This document shows, one piece after another, positions 1 to 19,000 of a DNA stretch of 64,000 nt (its first letter is position 1; the number at the start of each line of letters is the position of its first letter). Source of the stretch: Cycas panzhihuaensis (lineage: Eukaryota; Plantae; Cycadophyta). The stretch is taken from assembly GCA_023213395.1 (NCBI GenBank), contig CM041465.1:72423741-72487740 (forward strand). Reading direction: 5' to 3'. The notes below the pieces were generated by a model. It was given only the letters and a program-made list of their open reading frames with translations. It did no database searches and was not told the DNA's origin. A program made the translations under genes and the position numbers.

Positions 1-1762
1 TAAAAATATGTTAAAAAAAATATTGCAAATATTCCACTAAATAGAATAAGTTAAAAATATACTAAATTTTACTAAACCCAACTCAATATGTCTAAAAATT
101 ATGAAAAAATATTAAAGCAACCCCCTCCCATAAAGTTCTTTATTTGTCTCACTATAGATAAGGTGTACCATTAAGATGTTAATGGTGTTATGAAAATTTA
201 ACTTTTTTGGTACCATGGCATTTCATTACTTCATGGTACTATTAGGTTCTTTGTGGTACTATGGACTTCCAACATTGTCTTATGAAGAAACCCATACATT
301 GAAAAATAATAAATATTTATAAAAAAATCATAAATTTTCAAATTTAGATAAAAAATTATCCATTTAAAATGATTGAGGTATCAAATTACCCTAGTCTAGC
401 CATAAATAGGGCTATGATTGGACCTTATTTGGCTAAAATTTTTAAAAATAGGGAAATGCTCTAAAAAATATAAAAACTAAAAAATTAAAATTGTAAAAAA
501 TATGGAGAGTTAGCCCTACTAGACCCAATGCTTACCATACCATCTTAATGTTTTGAATCTAATAGATCTAATCACATGTGAATCTAAGATTCTATTTACT
601 TGTAATGAACTTGAGAGTGGTTTGGATAAAAAAGGGTTAATAAGAAATTTTCTAACCTTTGAATATAAAAATAAAATATGAAACAAAAGAAAAGCTTGTC
701 TTATAATCATCCTAACTTGGCTTTGGAATGTCAAATTTTTACCCCATCTATCCTATTGGATTCCTTATTTTATAAATTATCACCCTGTATAATAAACACT
801 ATTATTACTACAACTTATTTTTTATGTACAATGATTTAAATCACCCCAATATGGTTATTAATTAATATAATTAATAGGCCATTAATTCATTTTATTTTAT
901 CACATAACACTTAAAGATAATATCTCTCAGTATATCAGTGTTTATAGTCCATAAGATCATTTTCTAATATTGAATTCATATTTATAGGCCTTAAAGGCCT
1001 ATTTTACTAGGTAATCCCTAGCCCTTTTTATACATTTTGGCTTAATAGAGCCCTAAGGTAATCACTCCCATGTATTTATTTTCTTTGGCTTAATATTAAT
1101 TAATCACCACTTAGTATTAACTATAAATGGTTAACCTTAATTGCCACTCTAATATCCCCCCTTAGTATGAAAGTGGGATTTGGTCTATAGTTTAAAATCT
1201 TTGGTAAAGGCTAGAATCACCTTTGTTGTCTCACTTACATTTGAAATATCCCCCCTCAAGGATGATTTTTCTAAGTTTCTAAATTGACATAGATTAAGTA
1301 TTATTATATTCAATTTAGGTCATAAATAAGTGTTACATGATCTAGAGCTAGTGATAATTTAATTAGCTTGTAATTATAAACTTTATTTATTCAAGTCTCC
1401 TTTAGATCACTCTTATCAATAATTAACATGCCCAATTCTAGAAGGCACCCTAAATTTGCTTCTATTGTGGCTTTAACATAACTAATCTATATATGGTTTT
1501 ACTATAAACTTTTATGACATTAGAGTATTTTCCATGTGGCTTTGTGTGATGAATGTAGCCTCCAAATGTGTAATAAATAAGCTATAAATTAGTTTGTATA
1601 ACTTCCAATATGCCTAGAATCATCTCTACTCATTCATGCTTCATATCCATGCTTCTAACTAGTAATTAAATTGCTCATCAATCAAGAATTTTTACTTTAA
1701 CATGCAATAACTTCTTCTAAAGAGACTTGAGTACAACTTTTACAGTATACATGACTTTTAAA

Positions 1763-6051
<4,289 letters not shown>

Positions 6052-6524
6052 ATAAAAAAAAGAAGAAGTAACGATGAGTAATTAATAATTATGATTATAA
6101 CTTAAGTTTTGTAAGCTTAGAGAGGAATATAATCTTGATTATAAATCACTATATCTCCAAAAAATCATGATATAACACACTAGCATTTCCACTAGAATAA
6201 ATAGACTAACAAACTTCAAATAAGAGAATAGGATCTAAAACAAAAATCTAAATATCTATATACAATAAAATGAATCACCACACCATAAACATGAACTTTA
6301 AAAAACCCTTAAATGGATCTAATTATATCCATGGAAGGTGCTAATAGCCTCTCTATTATTTAAAGAGAAGAGTTGATGCCTAACATATTTAAATAACCTT
6401 TAAACAAAGCTTAACACTATAAGAATGAGCCCAATGGAGCCCAATAATATTAGATCTCCTTCAAGATTAGCCCAATAGTTATATGAAGTGACCAACACAC
6501 CTAAATAGCCCTATATGTCTTTAA

Positions 6525-9500
6525 TTTTGGATATGTTGAACACTTTATAAGTATTACATGAGTATAGGTATTAAACCAAAGCCTCTTTGTGGGGTATTTT
6601 CTCCTTTGGGCACCTAAGAAAAAATTTTAAGTGTTTTATAGGGGTATTTTTTAGCACATAGTTTATGTTTATTATATTTTAAAATTATAAGATTGTATCT
6701 TGTAAAGTTGTATCTATATATTCTTATGTAATGGCACATGTATAAGGTTGTATGAGACTTTGATAAGTCAATGAGAAGAGTTGAGGTTTTTATCTATATA
6801 ATTCTTTAGTTATTGCTCATATTAATAAAAGGTCTATGCTTAGACCAAAATCTCCTAGTATTCTTTATTGTGTACTTAGTTTATTTATGTTATTTATTCT
6901 TTACATGGTTTAGAGTTATATTAATACATTACTTTGGTAGTTATATTTTATCTTCATTTGGTATCAAAGCTAAGGGTTTTAGTTTTATAGGAAGCCATTT
7001 AGTGAGTAGGAGCTTTGTTTGGTAAAATTGAGTATGAAGATCATGGTAAGAATTATGAAGATGGACATTAAAAATTTTGATAGCGAGAACTTTAAGTTGT
7101 GGAAGCTAAAGATAAAGATATCCTTATTGAGAAGGATTGGTAGATCATCGTAGTAAATACAAAGCTTATAAATATAACTGATGAAGACTAGAAGAAGCTT
7201 GATAAAAAAGTAATTAGTTTGATAAGGTTATACCTTTCTAGAATGGTATCATTGAACATTTCTATAGAGTCTATAACCAAAGATCTGTAAAAAAATATTA
7301 GGGGCTCTGTATCAGACTACATCCCTGGTTATTAACTATTTCTTTAGAAAAAGTTTTATTCACTCATGATGAGTGATGGAGATGTAGTTATAGATCATCT
7401 TACTACATTTGATATTGTAGTGAACCAATTTATTTTAGTTGGGATAATATTATTTGAGGAAGATAAGTGTATTACCCTGTTATATTTGCTTCTCGATTCT
7501 TGAGATAATCTTATGATAATGATTAGTAGCACAGCTACTACCCTCTTGAAATTTAATAATGTTATTATCACCCTATAATTAAAAGATATAAGATGAAAAT
7601 CGTATAAGGATCATTTAAAAGAAATATTAGTAGTGAGAGTTCAAACATTAGATTGCAACCAATAAAGGCCTAGGAATAGATGACTAAAATCTAAAGGGAG
7701 ATCTAAATCTCTAAGTAGAGGCCCCTTAGTATATTAGAGATGTATGAAGGTTAGCCAAATAAAGAGCCAATGTCAAGTTAAGGTTAACAAGGAAAAGTCA
7801 CCTAAAGCTACTTCTTCCATAATAACAAAATCCTCTAATGAAGTTGATGACAATGTTTATTTGACAACCTTAGGTAAGCTATCAAATATTAAGTATTGGC
7901 TAATTAACTCCAATACTTTGCTTCATGTTACTCCCTATAGGGAGTGGTTTTATGAATACACAAGCATTAATAGAGGTAAAGTATTTCTTAGGGCTCATTA
8001 CCCATATAAAATTATAGGTCATGGAAGGGTGAAGGTTTAGTTTAGGAATGGAAGGGTTAAAACCATCCCTGATATAAGTCATATTCCAAGCTTGGTTATG
8101 AGTTTATTGTCTATTAGTTAATTAGGTGATATAAAAATATAAATGATTTTCAATAAAGATAGTTATAAAATGGTTTAAGAAGCATTGGTATTAATAAGAG
8201 GGATCTAATTTAGAATACTATATAAGCTCAATATATGCATAATATATGCTAGCAGTTGTAGTCTAGTTATTATATAAAGTAGCAATAATATAGGCAAGAT
8301 CCAAACATAACTTATTGGTAAAACTATATTGTGGCAATAGAGATTAGGCCACATTAGAGAGAAAGGCCTCTATAATTTATTCTCCAAAGGTATGGTAGAA
8401 GACATCTATAGAATTAATGGCTCTTTTAATTTTAATTTTTATGAGCATTGTGTATATGGAAAATAGAATTGGGTCAATTCTCCTTTAAGCTCAAAGACAT
8501 AAAAGGGTATTCTATAATTGGTGTATAGTGATGTTTTTGTACTATTAATATATCTTTATTAGGTAGGTCTAAATATTTTATCTCATTCATAGATAATTTC
8601 TTGAGAAAGATATGGTTATACTTTCTCAAGAAGAAATCTAAGGTCTTTATTAAATTTAAATAATTTAAGGCCTTAGTAGAGAATTACAATGACAAGTAGA
8701 TCAAGGTGTTGAGGACTAATAATAGAGATGAGTTTTGCTTAAAGGAGTTTGAATAATTCTATAAGTAGGTAGAAGATAACTCCCTATATGCCATAGTAGA
8801 ATGAGGCTACTAAAAGGATGGATAGGACTCTACTAAGAGATCAAGGAGTATGCTCAGTGCTTCTAGTTTAGAGAAGAAATTCTAGGCTAAGGTTATGATA
8901 ACTATAAGTTACTTGATAAACAAATCATTGATGACTACCATAGTGTATAAAACACCTAAAGAAGTATGGTCTAGTAAGAAACTATCTCTTAGTTATCTTA
9001 GAGTTATTGGTTGTGAAGCTTTTGTGTATGTTCCTGGCCTATAGAGGACTAAGCTTGATTTTAAAGCATAAAAGGCTATTTTCATTAGCTATGGTGATGG
9101 GGTTAAATGGTACAAGCTTTATAACCCTGAAATAGAAAAGGTTATATATAGTCATAATGTTATCTTTATAGAGGAGTTTAAGTCTCTAAAGTAGGCTGAA
9201 GAATCAAAGGAGGAAGACTCTAAGAAAGTATAATTTGAGGTAAGGGATGAATATTTTACATCAGAATATGAGTCATCTAAAGAAAAATAATAAACTATGG
9301 AGGTAGCTCAACCTCAAGAGCCCCACATATTGAGAAGATCTACTTATGAGAGAAGATAACCTGACAAGTATATTCCTAGAGACTTTTATTACTTCTCTTT
9401 TATTTTATCTACTATAGATGATGATCCAGATATTGTTTAAGAGGCTCTTGAGTTAGAAAAAGATGCTAACTTTATATGAAGGCCATAGAAGAAGAAATGA

Positions 9501-11524
9501 TAGCCTTAGACAAAAATAATACATGGGATTTATTGGGTCTACCTGATGGTAGAAAACCTATTAATAACAAATAGATCTTAAAGAAGAAGTTCCAAGCAAA
9601 TGGTATTATGGAAAAGTACAAGGCATGCTTAGTAGTAAAGGGTTATTCCCAGGTAAAGGGAATAGATTTTGGTGAGGTATTTTTTTCTATAATAAAGGTA
9701 GATTCAATTAGATTTTTGTTGTTTATAGTAATTACCTATGATCTTGAGGTGGATTATATGGATGTGAAGGTTGTTTTTCTTTGCAGTGACCTCATGAAAG
9801 AAATTTATATGTTGTAGCCTCAAGGTTTTAAAATTACAAGGAAGGAGAATATAGTATATAGGTTGAAGAAGTCATTATATGGTTTGAAATAGTCATTGAG
9901 GATATGGTATCAGAAGTTTAATTCATATATGTTAGTGCATGGCTTTGTACGTAGCAAAGCACATCATTATATCTATTATAGATAGGTTGGTGATTACTTT
10001 GTTATTCAAGCTTTATATATTGATGATATACTTTTAGTTGATAATAATAAAAAAATAAATAAACTTGTGAAAGGCCAACTGATGTCCATTTTAAGATGAA
10101 GGACCTTAGTGCTACATATTTTATTTTGGGTATTGAGATTAAAAGGGGTAGGAGAAATAAGAAGATTTCTCTTAGCTAAAAGTAATACATTAAGATAATA
10201 CTGCAACAGTTTAAGTTTCAGGATAATAAACTAATTAATGTTCCTCTTCCTATTGGTTAAAAATTATTAGCCAAACAATACCCAAAGACTTACTAAGAAG
10301 TTGAAGACATGTAATTTATCACTTAGTCTAATATATATAATGGTTTACACTCAAATAAACATTACCCATGCAGTGGGAGTAGTTAGTAAGTACATGTCAA
10401 ACCTAGGTAGGGAGTATTGGCTGGTAGTGAAAAGAATTTTTAGGTATCTATAGGGTACATTAGATTATTTAATTTTATATAAATGAGATCCTATAGAGAG
10501 TAGAATAATAAACCTAAGAGGATTTGTTGATATTAATTAGGTAGGAGATCTTGACAGTAGAAGATCTACAAGTGGGTATGTTTTTATCCTTTATGGTAGC
10601 ACAATCAGTAGATAAGCAAAAGACAGTAAGTTATGGTACTTTCTAGTATAAAAAGAGAGTATGTAATAGCTAATCATATATAAAAGGAAGCAGTTTGGTT
10701 ATGGAGATTGTGCACAAATGTCATCTTCAAACATGATACTATGATGATAGATTATGATAATCAACGTGTAATCTACCTAGTAAAGAACCCCACATTTCAT
10801 GCTCAATCAAAGTATATTGATATATAGTTATATTTTATGAGAGAAATAGTTCAAGATCATAAGGTAGACTTATAAAAGATTACTATATAGGAGAGTATTA
10901 TAGACTTATTGACTAAGATTGTTAGCATAGAAAAATTTAGATGGTGTAGAAAGGTAATAGGTGTTTATGATTTCAACATTTAGTAGTTATGTATATAGGT
11001 TTCTTGTAAAGCATTCAATAAGTAGGAGATTGTTAGATATGTTAAATACTTTATACATATTACATAGGTATAAGAATTACACCTGAGCCCTTTTATGGGG
11101 TTTAGGGACTCATGGCAAGGCCCACAACTAAGGGCTCTAGGGGCTAGTGCCCCTCAGGCAGTGGTTCAAGGGCAGGAGCTCTCGAAAAAAATTACTAGGT
11201 GTTTTATAGGGGTATTTTTCAACCCATGGTTTATACCTATTGTATTATAAAATTACAAGGTAGTATTTTATAAAGTTGTGCTTATATATTCTTATGTAAT
11301 GTCACATGTAAAAAGTTCGATGAGCCTTTAATGAGTTGATAACGAGAGTTTGAGTTTTTATCTTTATAATTCTTCAGTTATTGCTTATATTAATAAAATA
11401 TCTATGCTTAGACCAAAATATCCTAGTGTTCTTCATTGTGTGCTTATTTTATTTATGTTATTTATTCTTTACATGGTTTATAATTCTATTAATATATTGC
11501 TTTCACACTTATATTCTCTCTTCA
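6525..11524 (+). mobile_element. Decayed full-length Ty1/Copia element (Tnt1/Tork-like), 5' LTR 6525-6956, 3' LTR 11031-11524
   Basis: LTR pair aligns (e.g. TCTATGCTTAGACCAAAAT); PBS TGGTATCAAAGC at 6959; PPT AAGTAGGAGA; near-TSD TTTAA/TTCAA; gag-PR-INT-RT-RH order. Confidence 0.92.
7036..10975 (+). pseudogene. Copia gag-pol polyprotein, many stops and frameshifts
   Basis: Remnants MDIKNFDSENFKLWKLK (gag), LHVTPYREWF (protease region), KYKACLVVKGYSQVKGIDF (RT), YIDDIL, RSTSGYVF (RNase H). Confidence 0.9.
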
Positions 11525-11764
11525 TTCAACATAAGCCTAACATGGTCTAAATAATATGCCCAATATTGATTTTAGACCTTAAGTAGTAAGAAAACCTTAT
11601 TTATAGGTGAAATCCTCCTCCTCAATTACTATTACACCATTGTGTCACCTTTTTAGTTATCAAAGAAGATTAAAAATCAATAGAGTAAGATTCTACTAGT
11701 GTTACTATGTAGTCTTCAATTTTATCATGCCCACCCTAGCTTACCTTAGCTATGTATTCTATTG

Positions 11765-12146
11765 AACTCTAACATCATATGAAGAAACATGAAAATAAGT
11801 ATGCATTTTGAACTATAAGATATTGATCATATATAACATATAACAATAAAAAGGATAGGTACATAAGACATAAGATTTATGTGGAAAACCTTTTTTTTAA
11901 AAACCCATATAAGAAAATTGGTCAATTATATTTCTTCTAATATTGATTAATACATCCTCAATATGGTTAACCCATATTATAAATTCCACCTAAGGGTTTA
12001 TATAACATCCCAAATAATGCATTAACTAATGGTTATAACTCTTGGTATTTGTGCCTTTTATCTTAACATTAATTAATTACCACTTAGCATTACCCATAAG
12101 TAGTATTACCCATAAGTATTTATACCTTATCTTATATTTTTAAAAC
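11765..12146 (-). mobile_element. Probable old minus-strand LTR with degenerate PBS
   Basis: GAACTCTAACATCA resembles the reverse complement of a decayed TGGTATCAGAGC; GTGGAAAACC...AAAAACCC LTR motif; right end resembles 1070-1153. Confidence 0.4.
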
Positions 12147-12492
12147 ACTTTTTTATCAATTGAAAGCTTTAAATATATTTTAAAGGGGATTTTTTAACTA
12201 TAAACATATTACAAAAGATTTTTTGTTATTTGAGAAGTATTTCTCACTTATTTTTTAAAGTTAATATTATATGGTATATTGTTCAAGGAAGCATTATTTT
12301 TCCACCTTTCACTAGTGACCCCTTATTGAGCACTCTAAATTCTTTCCTTTGTACTTTCATTATTTATTTATTGCCTTCCTTATTCAAGTATCCTACTTTA
12401 AGATCATTAAATATTCATATTCTTATATTTAAATAAGGCCACTTTAAATAAGAATTTAAACTTAAAACATCAAATAAGATAATCTTTGAATT

Positions 12493-12936
12493 TGTTAGGA
12501 TTATTAATGTTACTTTATGTTATTTCTTATGTCTTATTTAAGTCACATGTGTAAATTATTATTTAAGTGATTCCAATGTTTAGAGTTTATAAGTTAATTA
12601 AATATTATATACAAGGTCGTTGAAATGCGTAACTGCCCATTTCAATAAACCTCTCTTGTTATTTATATCTTCTCCTAGATTCAAGGAGGTGGTTCTAAGA
12701 ATTTAGGAGGCTGTTTAAAGTTTGTCTCAAAGGCTGGTTTGGTGTTTGTAGATGGTATTTATCAAGGTCTTTGTATTAAGTCTATTTTACTAATAATATT
12801 TAGCTTTAAGAGGTGGTTTTTTTTCTCCGGAAGGGGTTTTCCACCTGTCAAACCATGTGTACTTGTGCAATGTCTCTTTCTTGTGTTTTTTCTATTCATG
12901 TGATCCTATGACATTGTTCATGTGCCTATTCTCACA
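12493..12936 (+). mobile_element. Solo LTR
   Basis: TGTTAG...CTCACA termini flanked by a perfect 5-bp TSD GAATT (12488-12492, 12937-12941); no PBS or PPT adjacent. Confidence 0.85.
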
Positions 12937-13056
12937 GAATTAAATTACACAAATTGCAAATCCTATAAGGGGAATAATTAGGACCTCTAAAGTAATCAGT
13001 TATATATATATGAGTTGTATTCACCTTGATAAGTAGGCCATAGGACAACTTGTTAT

Positions 13057-16000
13057 TAAAAGAGGTTAATGTATTAAGGGCATTTGTGTAGATTAATTAA
13101 GTGACCTTAAGGTATATTATTAGCACTAATCTCTTAGTGAAATGTGCTTTATGTAATTTTAGGTTCATATCATGAGGTGAGAAAATCTTAACCCTAATGC
13201 TCACTCTCAATAATAAAAGGCAATATATCAAAAAATGAGTTATTATTCATTCTCACCTCTAAGCTTTGCTCTTATATATTGTTTTCATCTCATTTTCATT
13301 CTCCATTTCCATTGTATACATCTGAGTGATTTATTCCCTATATCCATCCTTCCTTCATATGGTATTAAAGCTAGAAGGGGATCTATTCACTCCATTTTAC
13401 TTGTATGGAGTCATTTTGCCTCTCCTTCACTTTAAATGTAAAGTATTGAGAGTGCACTTATTACTTTTAAAATTTTAAGAGTATTTTTATCATGTAAAGC
13501 TTGTATTTCATTTACACCATATTTTAATATCCTCTATTTATTTGTAGGTGCATTGAGGATCAAAGTTGTTAGCTAGAAAAGGATTTCTTGGCTTTAGGTT
13601 CTTAGAAAAAAAATTGGTTTTTTTATCAATCTTTGTAGCTAATTTTAAATTTTACTAAGGGAGATTCTATTGATTTTTCATCATAAATCAATTGTTAGTT
13701 ATAAAATCTATGCTATAAATCTATAAGACAAATTTTTAGCTGCTTGTAGGTGGAAGAAGTAAGCCTAAACCATTCAGAAAAAGGTTGTTTAGTCCTACGA
13801 GAGGTAAAAATTAAAAGTTATCTATTTTGGCTAAAAAAATTGTAGAGAGGGATAGTTAAGTAAGACAAACATTTTTGTCTTCTACATCATCTCCAAATTC
13901 TACCTTGATCAACCTTAAAAAGTAGAAGTTTAGTCAACCCTAATCAGACTATTTTTTTGAGAAATTTTCTCAAAATTTTTAATGCATGTCAAACTTTCTT
14001 AAGGGATTTAGTAGATTTAACCTCAAGAAATCTAACAAATAAAATTTTATCAGATTTAATATACTAAAGAGAGAGATTTCTTTAAAATTTAGACTTCTGC
14101 TAAGGAAAGTTTCATAAGAGTTTTGAATTATTTTTACTTATTTTTAGAAGTTTCACCAGAAGACTTCTTAACTCACCATAGTGAGATCTATCATCTAGGA
14201 GAGTGAAGTTCCAATCCAAAATATTTCAACCGTTTCATATAGTTGCATAGCCATATAAAAGTTTCTAACAAAAAATTCAGATTCCTCTTGCTTTTTTTAA
14301 TAGTTTCTCTCTTGATCAAAATTTAAGTTTAGAAGTAAATTTTTAAGTTCTTTTACTTTTTCCCTTTTCTTAACAAAAAAGAAGAGGTTTTTCAAATAAC
14401 AGAAGCAAAAAAAAAAACTCATTATAATAGTAAAACACCTAGATCATAACAAAATCTAGTGTTTATACTTAGCATCTTTGTATATTTATTCATATATATG
14501 CACATTGATAGATAAAAGCATAAAATCAAGCATTAACATATCAGCAATATAAACACAAACATGTTTTTATATTTCCTAAAATGAACCTATTACATTTGAT
14601 TTATACCAGCAGTTCTTGACTTGTGTGCACACTCGCCTTGGTTGAAATAGACCACGATTGGCTGAAGTCTTGACCTTAAGGGAGGTGTGAGTTTTATATT
14701 GGGTTTAGTCTTAACCAAAATACTAGTAGAGTGATAGGTTAGCCATACATATAGGCTCCCTTTAGGGATTATTTTGATAACTAGCTAAGACAACTAAAAC
14801 CTTAATATAAAATTAAAATCAACCTGATCTAATATCCATCATAGCTGTGGGATATGCATGTACTATTTGACTCTTCAGAGGAGGTATATAGCTGCTCACT
14901 AGTGAACTAGGTGAGGACTAAGAGTACCTAGGCTCCACTATGACTTGGATTTTATCACCAAGCATAGGTGTAGGTATCGTGGGTAAAGACCTTAATTGTA
15001 TACTAGAAGCCTTAGGCATCGAAACCTCAACTACATTTGGACATAAGTTAGAGGTTAGTGGCATGACACATCATCACTCTTTGCCAGCTCTATATTAGGC
15101 CTTATTCTTGTATCATTACTTATAGTTATTCTTCATAGTTGTTAAAAAATACTTAATCATTACTTGCCTTCTCATCATAGTATTTATTTTTGCATCCCTA
15201 ATATACTAGGTGTACTAGCCATACATGTCAGTGGCATATACTTCTATCATATCTTCTACTTCTTCATCATCACTATATTATCTCAATTTAATAAGAATGT
15301 CAACTGCATATTAAAAGACAAAGAAAATTAGGATTTGTGATACATTAGAGTTTAAAATGTTGTAAAGTATGAAGGGCTTTAGAGATCTTATTTGTAGGCT
15401 ACACCCATCATACCTGCAATAACTATAACACCTGCTTCTAGTAGAATCACTTTAATAGCTCCTATAGATGCCATAGCCAAACTATAATGGGAGATAGATG
15501 ATGAAAAGATTCATGTAGGAATTCTATTAGTTACTAATCACTCCTTGCATAACTTGATTAATGGAGAGTAACATGATATAACTTAAAGGGTCCTTGAAGT
15601 TCTCAAGAAGAACTTTAATACCAAGTCAGACTTAGAATTTGTTCATCTTGTTATGAAAATGAATAAAGTAAAAATGTAGAAGGGATAAGCTCATAAGATA
15701 ATAAATTTCCTTCAACCAATAAAACAAACAATTAACAAAGATTTTAAAATTCAATGCATCACTTAGGCATTCTTGATCCAATCATGTCTACATGTCTCTA
15801 ATTATAAAAACTTTCTTGGAAGTCTTTAATCTAGTGGAACATTGAAGATACTCAACTTTGAAGCACTTGATGAGAAATTCATAGAATTTGACAAGACCTT
15901 TAATACCAACTTTATAGCCTCTGACTCTCTTCCAAATGCAACCTTTGAAATGGAATAAAAATCTCACTATACAAAAAATTAAGGTCCCTCTCATGGCAGA

Positions 16001-19000
16001 GAAAATAATTAAGCAAGAAAAAGAGGAAGAAACATAGAAAACTGTCCACAAGGTCAACCAAACCCTTAGTCACAACCTTGACAATCTTAACACCAAGGGT
16101 AACCTTAATAAAAACCAAGACAGTCATGTCAAACCAGTATGTCTTTAGGAACTAGCAATCAAACTATTATATCCGATCAATGTAACCATAAAGGACACTT
16201 TACAAAAGATTGCAGAACCACCACTTGTAAGTTTGCCAAGTTCTGACCAAAACATAGAGCTCATAATGTTGAAAAAACTTGTGAAGAATCATTTAGTAGT
16301 GCAGGTTTTATATAAGTATACTTTCAAAGAATTAAGGGATTTCCAACACCAAATTCCATTGACCAACCACATAGATATTTTGATGCTCGATGTGGATATA
16401 TCACTTGTGAATTCCCTTCACTAATGCCAAGTCCTATTAAAATTACAAATAGTATTGCTTCAATCGATGGACATTAGATCATGAACATAAGAGCAACTTA
16501 ACATATAACATGTAATCATATTCTATATCAAATATTTGACTCAAATGTTTAAGGAGTTGTTCACATGGCTAACAAATCATAACAACCTATTGAAAAAATT
16601 AGTAATATTTGCCTGAAACTCCCATGATTAAGAGATTTTATATTACTTGATATCCTATAAATACCCAACCTCAAACAAAACCTGCTCTCCTTATTCATAG
16701 TCTGAGTATAACTGCAAATGACCAGACTCTCTAGATCATTTACTATAATTGATCAAGTAGTCTTGACTAGACATCTCATTGGCAAACTCTTTTGACTAAA
16801 TGGCTATCTATCTTCTAAAGCCTATTATACCTAAAGCCCTTATGTCAATGAGGAATTTACATTTAACACCATCCTGACTAGCCTAATATTATCACCAAAA
16901 TCTCTTTAGCATGCTCATATAGGCCATGTTTATATTGATAGACTTAGAGATCTTTTTAACACTCTTCCAAGTCTACTAACGTTCTCCTCCAAACCCTTCA
17001 AATGTAAAGCTTGTATCATTGCCAAATCTTATTAACAACCCTTTCATAAAAGTTAGTAGAAATTAAGCCATCCATTATAATTAGTATACTCTGATCTATG
17101 TGGATCAATTCTAATTCTTTTACTAAAAGTAAAGTTATGTTATATCTCTTTCATTAATGATTTCACTAGGAAAGTAGGGGTAGCTTTTCTACATAAGAAG
17201 GATGAAGCCTTCCGTGTATTCAAGGAATTCAAAGCTCCTACTGAAAAAGAGTTAGGTTATTAATTTAATTATCTTCGAACTAATAATAGTGGCGAATATA
17301 CCTCACATGAGTTTGAAAGCTACCTTTGAGATAATGGAATCAAATATCAAACAACAGTAGTAGGTACCCCACAGCAAAATGGAGTTACTAAGTGTATGAA
17401 TAAGACAATTATGAATATAGCTCAAGCTATGTTGGTATACAAAAATGTACCTATCTACCTATGGGCTAAAGTTATCTAGATAACTGTTTATTACATCAAT
17501 GCTGTTAGTCTATCAAAGGGAGGTTAATCACTTAATGAAAAGTGGTCAGGATAAGTCCATATTTTTCACTACTTCAAAATTTTTGGCTTTATATGTTATA
17601 CCTATATTTTAGATGCAAATCGAAATAAACTTCAACTAAGGGCACTTAAAAGGTATATTTATTTGATACCCTATGGATAAAAAAGGATATAAGGCCTTTA
17701 TACCTTCACAACAAAAAATCATTGTTACCAGAGATGTTATTTTTATAGAGATAGAGGATTAATTACTTAGACTAGACTCCAAAATAGCCGCACACTACTA
17801 TAATGATATTATCAAGTATGGTGTTCAAATTCTAAAATTTAGGGGAAAGGGAGGGATACATATAAATTACTCCAAATATTGGAAGCTAATAATAAAGCCT
17901 CACAAGATATAAGCTATGACTCTGAACTGATGAGTACATATTCAATACTATCCTTTGAAGATAGCAGAGTTGACAAAGGCAAAGCCATTATAGAAGAATC
18001 ATCCTCTCCATCTTTAGTTAACAACAATAAAACAATGGTAGAAGTACCATCTTTCTTAGGTGCATCAGCATCCTCCTCACAAAATAATTATTTTAATGAA
18101 CAAGATGAGAACTAAGAAGTTGAGAAAATGAGGACCTCATTTCCAACTTGAGGATCTTATAAAGCCTACTAGCTCAACAAGGATATATGACCAAATGAGG
18201 TGGGAAAAACTAGTATTCAAAGTACCCACAGAGCAAGGATATAGGAATTATTATATACTAACCTTAAACCAATAAAATTACACCTTACTTTTAATGAAGA
18301 GCCCCTCTTATACCAGGCAACTATGAAATATATAGTTTAGACAAATGCAATAAATGAAAAATACCAATCTCTCATAAAAAATAGTATATAGGAGCTTGTT
18401 GATCTACTACTTGGAAAAAAGATAGTTCAAAATAAATGGGTATTCAAAAATAAATACAAATAAGATGACACCATTGAAAAACACAAGGCAAAGTTGGTAG
18501 GTAAAGGATTCACACAAAGAGAAGGCATCAATTACATAAAAGTCTTTATAATTAAACGGGGTTGGAAAATCCACCAGCCTGGTATTAAGACTATATTTCT
18601 TAATGGGGATCTTGAAGAAGAAATTTACATGGCTCAATCAGAAGGGTATGAGATCAAAGGTCAAGAACATAAGGTCTGCAAACTCAAAAAGTCCTTATAC
18701 AGCTTTAAACAAGCCCCTCGTACTTGGTTTGATAAGTTATCTAAGAGAATAAGGTAACTTAGATACAAGGTTTGTGACTACCAATATATTGATGCAACAC
18801 TATTTATTAAGTATTAAAAAGATAAAGTCACTTCTCTCATAATCTTTGTGGATGATATGCTAGTAATGGATAAGAGAGAACATGTAATAAGCTAGCTAAA
18901 AAAAGACCTTGACAAAACATTCAAATTGTCTGACCTTGGTTTGATGAAATATTACTTAGAAATTAAAGTAACACAAAAGAATAGAAAATTTTTTCTCTAC

